The position numbers and the translations under genes were made by a program. Shown here one piece after another: positions 1 through 16,500 of a stretch of DNA of 64,000 bases. Numbering within the stretch: position 1 is the stretch's first letter; every line of letters starts with the position of its first letter. The stretch comes from the human T2T-CHM13v2.0 reference genome, Homo sapiens, in assembly GCF_009914755.1 (NCBI RefSeq), contig NC_060937.1, one strand, 5' to 3'. Below the pieces are notes generated by a model. It was not told where the DNA came from. It worked only from the letters and a program-made list of their open reading frames with translations, and did no database searches.

Positions 1-3000
1 TTTCTTTTGATTGAGCAGTTTGGACACAGTCTTTTTCTCGCCTGCAAAAGGATATTTAGGGTACTTTGAGGCCTATGGTGGAAAAGGACATGTCTTCCCA
101 TAAAAACTAGACAGCAGCATTTTGAGAAACTTCTTTGTGATGTGTGGATTCATCTCACAGAGTTGAACTTTTCTTTTGATTGAGCAGTTTTGAAACACTC
201 TTTTTGTACAATCTGCAAGTGGATATTTGGAGCGCTTTGAGGTCATTGGTGGAAAAGGACATATCTTCCAATAAAAACTAGACAGAAGTATTCTGAGAAA
301 CATTTTGTGATGTGTGCATTCATCTCACAGAGTTGAACCTTTCTTTTTATTGAGCAGTTTGGAAACTGTATTTTTGTAGAATCTGCAAGTGGATATTTGG
401 AGCACTTTGAGGTCCATGGTGGAAAAGGACATATCTTCCCATAAAAACTAGACAGCAGCATTTTGAGAAACTTCTTTGTGATGTGTGGATTCATCTCACA
501 GAGTTGAAGCTTTCTTTTGATTGAGTAGTATTGAAACACTCTTGTGGAATCTCCAATTAGATACTTGGAGCGCTTTGAGGCCTATGGTGGAAAAGGAAAT
601 ATCTTCACATGAAAACTACACAGAAGCATTCTGAGAAATTTGTTTGTGATGTGTTCATTCAACACACAGAGTTGAATCTTTCTTTTGATTGAGCAGTTTT
701 GAAACACACTTTTTTAGGATCTACAAGTGGATATTTGGAGCGCTTTGTGGCCTATTGTGGAAAAGGATATATCTTCACATAAAAAGTATGGAGAAGCATT
801 CTGAGAAACTTCTTTGTGATGTGTGCATTCATCTCACAGAGTTCAACCTTTCTTTTGATTGAGCAGTTTTGAAACGCTCTTTTTGTAGAGTGTGCAAGCG
901 GATATTTGGAGCTCTTTGAGGCTTATGGTGGAAAAGGAAATATCTTCACATAAAAACTACAGAGAAGCATTCTGACAAAGTTCTTTGTGCTGTGTGTGTT
1001 CAACTCACAGAGTTGAACCTTTCTTTCGATTGAGCAGTTTTGAAATGCCCTTTTTTTAGAATCTGCAAGTGGATATTTTGAGTGCTTTGTGGCCTCTGTT
1101 GGAAAAGGAAATATCTTCACATAAAGTAGACAGAAGCATTCTGAGAAACTTCCTTGTGATGTGTGCATTCATCTCACAGAGAGGAAACTTTCTTTTGATT
1201 GTGAAGTTTTCAAACACTCTTTTTGTATAATCTGCAAGTGGATATTTGGAGGTCTTTGTGGCCTATAGGGGAAAAGGAAATATCTTCACATAAAAACTAC
1301 AGAGAAGCATTCTGACAAAGTTTTTTGTGCTGTGTGTGTTCAACTCTGTGAGTTGAACCTTTCTTTTGATTGAGCAGTTTTGAAATGCCCTTTTTTTGGA
1401 ATCTGCAAGTGGATATTTTGAGTGCTTTGTGGTCTCTGTTGGAAAAGGAAATATCTTCACATAAAGTAGACAGAAGCATTCTGAGAAACTTCCTTGTGAT
1501 GTGTGCATTCATCTCACAGAGTTGAAACTTTCTTTTGATTGTGAAGTTTTCAAACACTCTTTTTGTAGGATCTGCAAGTGGATATTTGGAGGCCTTTGTG
1601 GCCTATAGGGGAAAAGGAAATATCTTCATATAAAAATTAGACAGAAGCATTCTGAGAAACATCTTTGTGATATATGCATTCATCTCACAGCGTTGAAATT
1701 TTCTTTTTATTCACCACTTTTGAAACACTCTTTTTCTACAGTCGGCAAGTGGATATTTGTAGTGCTTTGAGGCATATGGTGGAAAATGAAATATTTTCAC
1801 AATAAAATTAGACAGAAGCATTCTGTGATACTTCTTTGTGATCTGTGCCTTCATATCACAGAGTTGAACCTTTCTATTGATTGAGCAGTTTTGAAACACT
1901 CTTTTTGTAAAATCTGCCAATGGATATTTGGAGCACTTTGAGGCCTATAGTGGAAAAGGAAATATCTTCACATAAATAGTAGACAAGCATTCTGAGAAAC
2001 TTCTTTGTGATGTGTGCATTCAACTCACAGAATGGAACCCTTATTTTGATAGAGCAGTTTTGAAAGACTCCTTTTGTATAACCTGCAATTGGATATTTCG
2101 AGCGCTATGTGGCCTTAAGTGGAAAAGGCAATATCTTCGCATAAAAACTAGACAGAAGCATTGTGAGAAATTTCTTTGTGATGTGTGCATTCATCTCACA
2201 GAGTTAAAGCTTTCTTTTGATTGAGCAGTTTTGAAACACTCTTTTTGTAGAATCTGCAAGTGGATATTTGGAGCACTTTGCAGTCTATAGTGGAAAAGGA
2301 AATATCTTCACATAAATATTTGTCAGAATCATTCTGAGAAACTTCTTCATGTGTGCATTCATCTCACAGAGTTCAACCTTTCTTTTGATTGAGCAGTTTT
2401 GAAACACTCTTTTTGTAGTATCTGCAAGGGATACTTGGAGCAGTTTGAGGTCTATGGAGTAAAAGGAAATATCTTCACCTAAAAACTAGACAGAAGCATT
2501 CTGAGAAACTTCTTTGTGGTGTGTGCATTCATATCACTGTCTTGATCCATTCTTTTGACTGAGCAGTTTTGAAACACTCTTTGTGTAGAATCTGCAAGTG
2601 GATATTTGGAGTGCTTTGAGGCCTATTGTGGAAAAGGAAATGTCTTCACATAAAAACCAGACAGAAGCATACTGAGAAAATTATTTATGATGTGTGCATT
2701 CATCTCACAGAGCTGCACCTTTCTTTTGATTGAGCAGTTTTGAAACACTCTTTTTATAGAGTGTGCAAGCTGATATTTGGAGCACTTTGATGCTTATGGT
2801 GGAAAAGCAAATATCTTCACATAAAAACTCCAGAGAAGCATTCTGACAAAGTTCTTTGTGCTGTGTGCATTCAACTCACAGAGTTGAACCTTTCTTTTGA
2901 TTGAGCAGTTTTGAAACACTCTTTTTGCAGAATCTGCAAGTGAATATTTTGAGCGCTTTGCGGCCTCTGTTGGAAAAGGTAATGTCTTCACATAAACTAG

Positions 3001-4180
3001 ACAGAAGCATTCTGAGAAACTTCTTCGTGATGTGTGCATTCATCTCACAGAGTTGAACCTTTCTTTTGATTGAGCAGTTTTGAAACACTCTTTTTGCAGA
3101 ATCTGCAAGTGGATATGTGGAGCACTTTGAGGCCATGATACAAAAGGAAATATCTTCACATAAGAACTAGACAGAATCATTCTAAGATACTTCTTTGTGA
3201 TGTGCACATTCAACTCACAGAGTTGAACATTTCTTTTGATTGAGCAGTTTTGAAACACTCTTTTTGTAGAATCAGCAGTTGGATATTTAGAGCGCTTTGA
3301 GGCCTATGGTGGAAAAGGAAATATCTTCACATAAAAACTAGACAGAAGCATTCTGAGAAACTTTTTTGTGATGTGTGCATTCAACTCACCGAGTTGAACA
3401 GTCTTTTTATTGAGCAGTTAGGATACATTCTTTTCGTACCATCTTCAAATTTGTATTTGGACAGCTTTGAGGCCTATAGTGGAAAAGGAAATATCTGCAC
3501 ATAAAAATTAGACAGAAGCATTCGGAGAAACTTCTTTGTGATGTGTGCACTCATCTCACAGAGTTAAACCATTCTTTTGATTGAGCAGTTTTGAAACACT
3601 CTTTTTGTATAATCTGTAAGTGGATATTTGGATCACTTTGAGGCATATGGTGGAAAAGAATATATCTTCCCATAAAAACTAGCCAGAAGCATTCTGAGAA
3701 ACTTCTTTGTGATGTGTGTATTCAGCTCACAAAGTTGAACCTTTATTTTGATTGAGCAGTTCTGAAACACACTTTTTGTAGGATCTGCAATTGGATATTT
3801 GGATCGCTTTGCAGCCTCTTGTGGAAAAGGAAATATCTTCACATAAAAACTACAGGGAATCATTTTGAGAAACTTCTTTGTGATGTGTGCTTTCAGCTCG
3901 CAGAGTTGAACCTTTCTTTTGGTTGAGCAGTTTTGAAACACTCTTTTTGTAGAATCTGCAAGTGGATATTTAGAGCGCTTTGACGCCTATGGTGGAAAAG
4001 GAAATATCTTCACATGAAAAGTAGACAGAAGCATTCTGAGAAACTTCTTTGTGTTGTGTGCATTCATCTCACAGAGTTGGACTTTCCTTTTGTTGAGCAG
4101 TTTGGAAACACTCTTTTTGTAGAGTCTGCCATTGGATATTTAGAGCGCTGTGAATCCTTTGGTGGAAAAGGTCATATCTT
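1..4180 (+). repeat. Alpha satellite, divergent monomeric block A (~171-bp units)
   Basis: Tandem units match the alphoid consensus (cattctgagaaacttctttgtgatgtgtgcattcatctcacagagttgaacc...gtggatatttggagcgctttgaggcctatggtggaaaaggaaatatcttcacataaaaactagacagaag). They carry A-type 'tggtggaaaagg' boxes and no CENP-B box was seen. The right boundary is approximate. Confidence 0.95.
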
Positions 4181-7100
4181 CACATAAGAACTATAAAGCA
4201 GGTTTTCTAAAAACAACATTGTGATGTGTGCATTCATCTCACAGAGGTAAGTGTTTCTTTTCTCCTATCAGTCTGGAAAGTCTGTTCTTGTACAATCTCA
4301 AAGGGGGTATTTTTGAGCACTTTGAGGCCTATTGTAACAAAGGAAATATCTTCACATTCAAAGTATAAAGAAAGTTTCTGAGATACTTCTTTGTGATATG
4401 TGCATTCATCTCACAGATTTGCGCGTCTCTTTTAATTCAGCCGTTTGGAAACAGTCTTTTTGAAGAATCTGCAAACGGATATTTGTGAGCACTTTGAGGC
4501 CTATGCAGGAAAAGAAGTATCTTCACAGAAAACTATAAAGAAGGTTTCTGAGAAACTGTTTTTTGATGTCTGCATTCATCTTGCAGAGGTAAACAATTCT
4601 TTTCTTTGATCAGTTGGGTATCTCTGTTCTTGTAGGATCTGCTAAGGGATATTTTTGAGTGCCTAGACCCCTATGGTGAAAAAGATATTGTCTTCACATA
4701 AAAACTAGACAGAGGCCTACTGTGAAACTTCTTGGTGATGTGTGCATTCATCTCACAGAATTGAAACTTTCTTTTGATTAAGCAGTTTGGAAACGTCTTT
4801 TTGTGGAATCCGTAAAGGGAAATTTCTGATCACTTTGAGGCCTATGGTGAAAGAGAAAGTATCTTCACATAAAAACTAGACTAAAGATTTCTGAGAAACT
4901 GCTTTGTGATGTATGTATTCATCTCACAGAGTTCAACAATTCTTTTGATCGAGCAGTTGGGAAACCGTCTTTTTGTAGAATCTGCAAAGGGATATTTGTG
5001 AGCACTTAGAGGTCTATGGTTAAAAGGAAATATCTTCACATAAAAACTATAAAGAAGGTTTGTGAGAAACTTCTTTATGATGTGTGCATTCATCTCACAG
5101 AGTTGAACCACTCCTTTGACTCAGCGGTTTGGAAACAGTCTTTTTTAGCATCTGCAAAGGTATATTTTTGAGCACTTTGAGGCCCATGGTGAAAAAGGAA
5201 ACACTTTCACATAAAAACAAGATAGAAGCTTTCTGAGAACCATCTTTTTGATATGTGCATTCATCCCACAGAGGTGAACCTTTCTTTTGATGAGCATTTT
5301 GGAAGCAGTATTTGGTAGAATTTCCAAAGGGTTATTAGTTAGTGTTTTGTGTCCTATGTTGGAAAAGGAATTATTTTTAAATAAAAACTAGACAGAATAT
5401 TTCTGAGAAACTGCCTTGTGATGTGTGATTTCATCTCACAGAAGTAACCATTTCTTTTCATTGAACAGATTGGAAATTCTGTTCTTGTAAAATCTGCAAA
5501 GGGATATTTGTTAGCACTTTGAGGCCTATGGTAAAAAAGGAATTATCTTCACATAAAAACTAGACGGAGGCTTTCTGTGAAACATCTTGGAGATGGGAGA
5601 ATTTGTCTCACAGAGTTGAAACATTCTTTTGGTTGGGCAGTTTGTAAACAGTATTTTGGTAGAATCTGCAAAGGAATATTTGTGATGCTTTGAAGCCTAT
5701 GGTGAAAACGAAATATTTTCACATGAAAACTAGAGAGAAGCTTTCTGAGAAACCTCCTTGTGATGTGTGCATTCATCTCACAGATTTGAAACTTTCTTTG
5801 GATTGAGCAATTTGGAAACAGTATTTTTGTAGAATCTGTAAAGGCATATTTTTGAGTGGTATGAGGCCTATGATGAAATAGGAAATATCTTCACATAAAA
5901 ACTAGACAGAAGCTTTCCGAGAAACTTCTTTATGATGTGTGCATTCATCTCGTAGAGTTCAACCATTCTTTTGATTGAACAGTTTGGAAACACTCTTTTT
6001 GTAGAATCTGCAAAGGGATATTTATGAGTGCTTTGAGTCCTATGGTGAAAAAGGAAATGTATTCACATAAAAAGTATAAACAAGGTTTCTCAGAAACAGC
6101 TTTGTGATGTATGCATTCATCTCACAAAAGTAAACGTTTCTTTTCTCTGATCTGTCTGGAAACTGTTCTTGTAGATTTTGCAAAGGGATATTTGTGAGTA
6201 TTTTGAGGCCTATGGTGAAAAAGGAAATATCTTCACATAAAAATTAGAGAGAGGTTTTCTGAGAAACCTCTTTGTGATGTGGGTATTCATCTCACAAAGT
6301 TGAAACTTACTTTTGATTGATCAGTATGGAAACCATCTTTTGTGGAATCTGCAAAGGGAAATTTATGAGAGCTTTGAGGCCAATGTTGAAAAAGGAAATA
6401 TATTTATATAAAAGGCATAAAGAAGGTTTCTTAGAAACAGCTTTGTGGTGTGTGCATTGATCTCAGAGAGGTAAACGTTTATTTTCTTTGATCAGTCTGG
6501 AAACTCTGTTCTTGTAGTATCTGCAAAGGGATATTTGTGAGTGCTTTGAGGCCTATGATGAAAAAGGAGATATCTTCACATAAAAACTAGACAGAAGCTT
6601 TCTTAGTGGCTTCTTTGTAATGTGTGCAATCATCTCACAGAATTGAACCATTCTTTTGATTCAGCAGTCTGGAAACAGTATTTTTGTAGAATCTGCAAGG
6701 GATATTTGTCACGACTTCGAGTGCTATGGTGAAAAAGGAAATATCTTCACATAAAAAATGGACAGAAGATTTCTGAGAAACCTCTTTGAGATGTGTGCAT
6801 CCATCTCACAGAGTTCAACCATTTATTTGATTGAGCAGTTGGGAAGCAGTCTTTTTGCAGAATCTACAAAGGGATATTGCTGAGCAATTTGAGGCCTGTG
6901 TTGAAAAAGGAAATATCTTCACATAAAAACTATAAAGAAGGTTTCTGAGAAACTTCTTTGTAATGTATGCATTCATCTCATGGAGTTGAACTATTCTTTT
7001 GATTGAGCACTTTGGAAACAATCTTTTTGTAGAATCTGCAAAAGGATATTTTTGAGCCCTTTGAGTCCTAGGGAGAAAAAAGAAATATCATCACATAAAA

Positions 7101-9729
7101 AGTATAAAGAACGTTTCTGAGAAAAAGTTTTGTGATGTGTGCATTCATCTCACAGAGAAAAACGTTTATTTTGTTTGATCAGTCTGGAAATTCTGTTCTT
7201 GTAGAATCTGCTAAGGGATATTTTTGAGCAGATGGAGGCCTATGGTGAAAAAGGAAATGTCTTCATATAAAAATTAGACAGAAGCCTCCTGCGAAACTTC
7301 TTAGTGATGTGTGCATTCATCTCACAGAGTAGAAACTTTCTTTTCATTGAGCCATTTGGAAACAGTCTTTTTGTAGACTCTGCAAATGGATATTTGGAGC
7401 ACTTTGAGGCCTATGGTGAAAAAGGAAATATATTCACATAAAAACCAGACTGAAAGTTTCTGAGAAACTTCTCTGAGATGTGTCCATTCATCTCACAAAG
7501 TTCAATAATTCTTTTTATTGAGCGGTTTGGAACAATCTTTTTGTAGAATCTGCAAAGAGATATTTGTGAGGGCTTGAGGCCTATGGTGAAAAAGGAAATA
7601 TCTTCACGGAAAAACTATAAAGAAGGTTTCTGAGAAACTTCTTTGTGATGTGTGCGTTCATCTCACACAGTTCAACCTTTCTTTTGATTGAGCAGTTTGG
7701 AAACAGTCTTTTTAAATATTCTTCCAGTGGATACTTGTGAGCACCTTGAGGCTCCTGGGGAAAAAGGAAACATTCACTTAAAAACTTAATAGAAGCTTTC
7801 TGAGAAACTACTTTTTGACGTGTGCATTCATCTCACAGAGTTGAACCTTTCTTTTGATGAGCAGTGTGGAAACAATCTTTTTGTAGAATCTGCAAAAGGA
7901 CAATTTTGAGTGCTTTGCATCCTGTGGTGGAAAAGGAGATACCTTCACATAAAAACTAGACAGAATGTTTCTCAGAAACTGCTTTGTGATATGTGCATTC
8001 ATCTCCCAGATGTGTCTGTTTCTTTTCATTGAGAAGATTGGAAACTCTTTTCTTGTAAGACCTGCAAAGGGATATTTGTGAGCCCTTTGAGGTGTATGGT
8101 GAAAAAGGAAATATCTTCACATAAAAACTACACAGAAGCTTTCTGAGAAACATCCTCGTGATGTGAGCATTCACCTCACAGAGTTGAAACATTCTTTTGA
8201 TTGAGCCATGTGTAAAGAGTCTTTTTGTAGAATCTGCAAAGGGATATTTGTGAATGCTTTGAGGCCTATGGTGAAAAAGGAAATATCTTCACATAAAAAC
8301 TAGAGAGAAGCTTTCTGAGAAACCTCTTTGTGGTGTGCATACAACTCACAGAGTTGAACCTTTCTTTTGATTGAGCAATTTGGAAGAAGTATTTTTGTAG
8401 AATCTGTAAAGGGATATTTGTGAGCACTTTGAGGCCTATGGTGAAAAACTAGACAGAGGCATTCTAAGAAACTTCTTCATGATGTGTGCATTCATCACAC
8501 AGAGTTGAACCTTTGTTTTGATTGAGCCGTTTGGAAACAGTCTTTTTGTAGACTCTGCAAACGGATATTTGGAGCACTTTGAGGCCTATCGTGAAAAAGG
8601 AAATATATTCACATAAAAACTAGACTGAAGGATTCTGAGAAACTTCTTTGAGCTGTGTGCATTCATCTGACAGTGTTCAATAATTCTTTTTATTGAGCAG
8701 TTTGGAAACAGTCTTTTTGTAGAATCTGCAAAGGGATATTTGTGAGGGCTTTGAGGTCTGTGTTGAAAAAGGAAATATCTTCAGGGAAAAACCATAAAGA
8801 AAGTTTCTGAGAAACTTCTTTGGATGTGTGAATTCATCACACTGAGTTGAAACATTCTTTGGATTGAACAGTTTGCAAACAGTCTTTTTGTAGAATCTGC
8901 AGAGGGATATTTGTAGCGCTTTGAGGCCTATGGTGAATAAGGAAATATCTTCACATAAAAACTAGACAAAAGTTTTCTGAGAAACTTTTTGTGATGTGTG
9001 CATTTATCTCATAGAGTTTAACATTTGTTTTGATTGAGCAGTCTGGAAACAGCTTTTTGTACAATCTGCAAAGGGATATTTAGGAGTAAGTTGAGGCCTA
9101 TGGTGGAAAAGGAAATATCTAACATAAAAACTAGAAAGAAGCATTCTGAGAAGCTCCTTTAAGATATGTGTACTCATCTCACAGAGGTAAACATTTCTTT
9201 TCATTGAGCAGTTTGTAAACTCTGTTATTCTAGAGTCTGCAAAGGGGTATTTTTGAGAGCTTTGAGACCCATGTTGAAAAAGGAACTATCTTCACATAAA
9301 AACTAGTGAGAAGCTTGCTGAGAAACTACTTTCTGATGTGTGCATTCATCTAACAGAGTTGAAACTTTCTTTTGATTGAGCAGTTTGGAAACAGTCTTTT
9401 TGTAGATTCTGCAAAGGTATATTTGGGAGTGCATTGAGGCCTATGTTCAAAAAGGAAACATCTTCACATAAAACTGAGAAGGAGGTTTTCTGAGAAACTT
9501 CTTTGTGATGTGCACATTCGTCTCACAGGGTTGAACCATTCTGTTTATTGAGCAGTTTGGAAACAATCTTTTTGTAGAATCTGCAAAGGGATATCTGTGA
9601 GTGCATTGAGGCTTATGGTGAAAAAGGAAATATATTCACATTAAAAGTAGAAAGAAGTTTTCTGAGTAACTCATTTGTGACATGTGCATTTATCACAGAG
9701 AAGTAAAAATTTCTTCCCATTGAGCAGTT
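4181..9729 (+). repeat. Alpha satellite block B, different and more divergent monomer family
   Basis: Diagnostics change to 'gcaaagggatatttgtgagc', 'tggtgaaaaagg', 'tttggaaacagtc' and 'ctataaagaaggtttctgag'. The block ends at the strand switch 'tgagcagtt|agtttttgtgaagat'. Confidence 0.9.
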
Positions 9730-11937
9730 AGTTTTTGTGAAGATATTTCCGTTTTCACCATAGACCTCAAAAGGCCTACATATATCCCTTTGCAGATTCT
9801 ACAAAAAGACTATTTCCAAACTGCTCAATCAAAGAAAGCTTCCACTCTGTGAGATGAATGCACACATCACAGAGAAGTTTCTCAAAAAGTTTCTGTCTAG
9901 TTTTATTTGTTGATACTCCCTTTTTCACCATAGGCCTCAAATCGCTCATGAATAACTCTTTGCAGATTCTACAAGAAGACTGTTTCCAAACTACTCAATC
10001 AAAAGAAAGCTTCAACTCTGTGGGGTGAATGCACACATCACAAAGAAGTTTCTCAGAAAGCTTCTGTCTAGTTTTTATTTGAAGATGTTTCCTTTTTCAA
10101 TATAGGCCTCAAAGTGCTCACAAATGTCCCTTTACAGATTTTACAAAAAGACTGTTACCAAACTGCTCAACTGAAACAAAGCTTCAACTCTTTGAGATGA
10201 ATGCACACATCACAAAGAAGTTTCTCAGAAAGCTTCCGTCCAGTTTTTATGTGAAGATATTTCCTTTTTCACCATAAGTCTCAAAGCATTCAAATTATCA
10301 CTTTGCAGATTCTACAAAAAGACATTTTCCAACCTGCTCTATCTAAAGAAAGGTTTAACTCTGTGAGAAGAATGCACACATCAAAAATAAGTTTCTCAGA
10401 ATGCTTCTGTCTAGTTTTTATCTGAAGACATTTCCTTTTTCACCATAGACCAAAAAGGGATCCCAAATATCCCTTTGTACATTCTACAAAGGACTGTTTC
10501 CAAACTGTTCAATCCAAAGACAGGTTCAACTTTTGGGATGAATGCACACATCACAACGAAGTTTCTCAGAAAGCTTCTGTCTAGTTTTTGTGTGAAGATA
10601 TTACTTTTTTCACCATAGGCTTCAAAGGGCTCACAAATATCACAAAGCAGATTCTACAAAAAGACTCTATCCAAACTGGTCAAGGAAAAGAACACTTCAA
10701 ATCTGTGAGATGAATGTGCACATCTCAAAGAATTTTCTCAGAAAGCTTCTGTCTAGTTTTTATGTGAAGATATTTCCGTTTTCACCATAGACCTGAAACC
10801 GCCTATATATAACCCTTTTCAGATTCTACAAAAAGACTGTTTCCAAACGGCTCAATCAAAGAAAGTTTCTACTCTGTGAGATGAATGCACACATCACAGG
10901 GAAGTTTTTCAGAACGTTTCTGTCTAGTTTTTATTTGTCGATACTCCCTTTTTCACCATAGGCCTTAAACTGCTCATAAATAACCCTTTGCAGGTTCTAC
11001 AAAAGGACTATTTCCAAACTGCTCAATCAAATGAAATTTCAGCTGTGTGAGATGAATGCACACATCAAAAAGAAGTTTCTCAGAACGTTTCTGTCTAGTT
11101 TTTATGTGAAGATACTTCTTTTTCACCATAAACCTCAAAGCGTTCCCAAATTTTCCTTTGCAGATTCTATGAAAAGACTGTTTCCAAACTGCTCAATCAA
11201 AAGAAAGGTTCAACTTTTTGTGATGAATGCAGACATCACAACGAACTTTCTCAGAAGGCTTCTGTCTAGATTTTATTTGTGGATATTTCCTTTTTCACAA
11301 TAGGCCTCAGAAAGCTCACAAATATCACTTTGCATATTCTACAAAAAGACTGTTTCCAATCTGCTCAATGAAAGAAAATTCAACTCTGTGAGATGAATGC
11401 ATGCATCACAAAGTGGTTTCTCAGAATGTTTCTGTCTAGTTTTTATATGAAGATATTTCCTTCTTCATCACATGCCTCAAACCATTCAAAAACATCCCTT
11501 TGCAGATTCTCCAAAAAGACTTTTTACAAACTGCTCAATCAAAAGAAAGATTCAAGTCTTTGAGATGCATACACCCATTACAAAGAAGTTTCCCAGAAAA
11601 CATGAGTCTAGTTTTTATGTGAAGATATTTCCTTTTTCACCATAAGCCTCAAAGCATTCACAAATATCACTTTGCATTTTCTATGAAAAGACTGTTTCCA
11701 AACTGGTCAATCAAAAGAAGTTTCAACCCTGTGAGATGAATGCACACATCACAAAGAAGTTCTTCAGAAAGCTACTGTCTACATTTTATTTTTTGATATT
11801 TCCTTTTTCACCATTGGATTCAAACCACTGAAACATATCACTTTGCAGATTCTACAAAAAGACTTTTTCCAAACTGCCCAATCAAAAGAAAGGCTCAACT
11901 CTGTGAGATGAATGCACACATCACAAGGAAGTTTCTC

Positions 11938-11940
<3 letters not shown>
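9730..11940 (-). repeat. Alpha satellite, reverse orientation
   Basis: Reverse-complement monomers (tctagtttttatgtgaagatatttcctttttcaccataggcctcaaa...atccctttgcagattctacaaaaagactgtttccaaactgctcaatc). Confidence 0.95.
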
Positions 11941-13519
<1,579 letters not shown>

Positions 13520-16500
13520 GTGCACATCACAAAGAAGTTTCTCAGAAAGTTTCTTTTTAGTTTTTATGTGAAGATATTTCCTTTTTCACCATAGTCCACA
13601 AAGTGCACCAAATATCTTTTGCAGATGATTGTACAAAAAGAGTTTCTCCAAACTGCTCAATCAAAGGAAAGTTTCATCTCTGTGAGATGAAAGCACAAAT
13701 CACAAAGAAGTTACTCAGAATGCTTCTGTCTAGTTTTTAAATGAAGGTATTTCCTGTTACACCATAGGCCTCAAAGGGCTCACAGATATCCTTTTGCAGA
13801 TTCTACAAAAAGACTGTTACAGAATTGCTCAATGAAAAGTAAGTTTCAACTCTGTGAGATGAATTCACACCTAAAAAAAGAAGTTTCTCAGAATGCTTCT
13901 GTCTAGTTTTTATGTGAAGATATTTCTTTGTCACCATAGGCCTCAAACCGCTCAGAAATATCCCTATGCAGATGTTACAAAAAGACTGTTTCCAAACTGC
14001 TCAATGAAAAGAAAGATTCTACTCTGTGAGATGAAAGCACATATCACAAAGAATTTTCTCAGAAAGTTTTTGTCTAGCTTATATGTGAAGACATTTCCTC
14101 TTTCACCATAGGCCTCAATGGGCTCAAAAACGTCTCTTTTCAGATACTACAAAAGACCTCTTTCCAAACTGCTCAATCAAAAGAAAGTTTCAACTCTGTG
14201 AGATGAAAGCACACATCACAAATAAGTTTCTCAGAATGTTTGTTTAGTTTTATGTGAAGATATTTCCTGTTTCACTGTAGGCCATAAATGACTCACAAAT
14301 ATCCCTTTGCAGACTCTACAAAAAGACAGTTTGCAAACAGCTCAATCAAAAACAAAGGTTCAACTATGTGAGACGAATGGACACATCACAAAGAAGTTTC
14401 TCAGAAGGCTTCTGCCTAGTTTTTATGTGAAGATATGTCTTTTTCACCATAGGCCTCAAATGGCTAAGAAATATCCCTTTGCAGATTGTACAAAAAGACT
14501 GTTTCCAAATTGCACAATGAAAAGACAGGTTCAACTCTGTGAGATAAATGCACACATGAAAAAGAAGTTTCTCAGAATGCTTCTGTCTAGTTTTTATCTG
14601 ACATAGTTATTTTTCACCATAGGCCTCAAATGGTTCAGAAATATCCCTTTGCATATTGTACTAAAAGACTGTTTCCAAACTGTCAAATGCAAAGAAAGGT
14701 TCAACTCTGTGAGATGAATGCAAACATCAAAAAGAAGTTTCTCAGAAAGTTTCTGTCTAGTTTTTATGTGAAGATAATTCCTTCTTCACAATAGGCCTCA
14801 AAGTGCTCAAAATATCCATTTTCAGATTACACAAAAAGACTGTTTCCAAACGGCTCAATCACAAAAAAAGTTCAACTCTGTGAGATGAATGCACACATCA
14901 TAAAGAAGTTTCTCAGAATGCTTCTGTTTAGTTTTGATGTGAAGATATTTCCTTTTTCACCATAGGCCTTAAACGGCTCCCAAATATCCCTCTGCAGATA
15001 CTACAAAAAGGCTGCTTGAAAACTGTTCAATCAAAGGAATCCTTCATCTCTGTGAGATGAAACCACACATCACAAAGAAGTTCCTCATAATGCTTCTGTC
15101 TGGTTTTTATGTGAAGATATTTCATATTTCACCATAGGCCTCAAAGAGCTCACAAATATCCCTTTGCAGACTCTACAAAAAGACTGTTTCAAACTGCTCC
15201 ATGCAAAGAAAGGTTCAACTCTGTGAGACGAATGCACACATAAAAAAGAAGTTTCTCACAATTCTTCTGTTTAGTTTTTATGTGAAGATATTCCTTTTTC
15301 ACTATAGGCACCAAACCGTTCAGAAATATCCCTTTGTAGACTACAAAAAGACTGTTTCCAAACTGCTCAATCAAAAGAAAGTTTCAAACCTGTTAGATGA
15401 AAGCACACATCACAAAGAAGTTTCTCAGAATACTTCTGTCTAGTTTTTATGTGAAGATATTTCTTTTTCACCGTAGGCCTCAAACCCCTCAGAAATATCC
15501 CTTTGCAGATTGTAGATAAAGACTGCTTCCTAACTGCTCAATCAAAAGAACAGTTCAACTCTGTGAGATGAAAGCACACGTCACAAAGAAGTTTCTCAGA
15601 AATCTTCTGTCTAGTTTTTATGTGAAGATATTTCCCTTCTAATGATAGGCCTCAAAGCAATCCAATTATCAATTTGCAGATTCTACAAAATACTGTTTCC
15701 AAACTGCTCAATCAAAAGAAATTTTCAACTCTGTGAGATGAAAGCATACATCACAAAGAAGTTCTTCAGAAAGTTTCTCACTAGATTTTATGTGAAGATA
15801 TTTAGTTTTTCACCACAAGCCACAAAGTGCTCCAAATATCCTTTTGCAGATACTTCAAAAAGAGTTTTTCCAAACTGCTCAATCAAAACAAAGTTTCAAC
15901 TCTGTGAGAGGAATGCAAACATCACAAAGAAGTTTCTCAAAATGCTTCTGTCTAGTTTTCCTTTGAAGATATTTCCCATTTCACCATGGGCCTCAGTGGG
16001 CTCACATATATCCTCTTCCAAATTCTACAAAAAGACTGTTTCTGAATTTCTCAATGAAGAGAAAGGTTCAACTCTGGGAGATGAATGCACACATGAATAA
16101 TAAGTTTCTCAGAATGCCTCTGTCTAGTTTTTGTGTTAAGATATTTGTTTTTCACCGTAGGCCTCAAACTTCTCAGAAATATCCCTTTGTAGATTGTACA
16201 AAAAGATGGTTTCCAAACTGCTCAATGAAAACAAAGGTTCAACACTGTGACATGAATACTCACATCACAGAGAAGTTTTTCAGAAAGCTTCTGTTTAGTT
16301 TTTAAGTGAAAATATTTCCTTTTTCACCATAGGCCTCAAAGCAATCCAAATATCCTTTTGCAAACTCTACAAAAAGAGAGTTTCCAAACTGTTCAATTAA
16401 AAAAAAGATTCAAATCTGTGAGAAGAAAGCACACATCATGAAGAAGTTTCCCATAATGCTTCTGTCTACTTTTTTTGTGAAGATATTTCCTATATCACCA

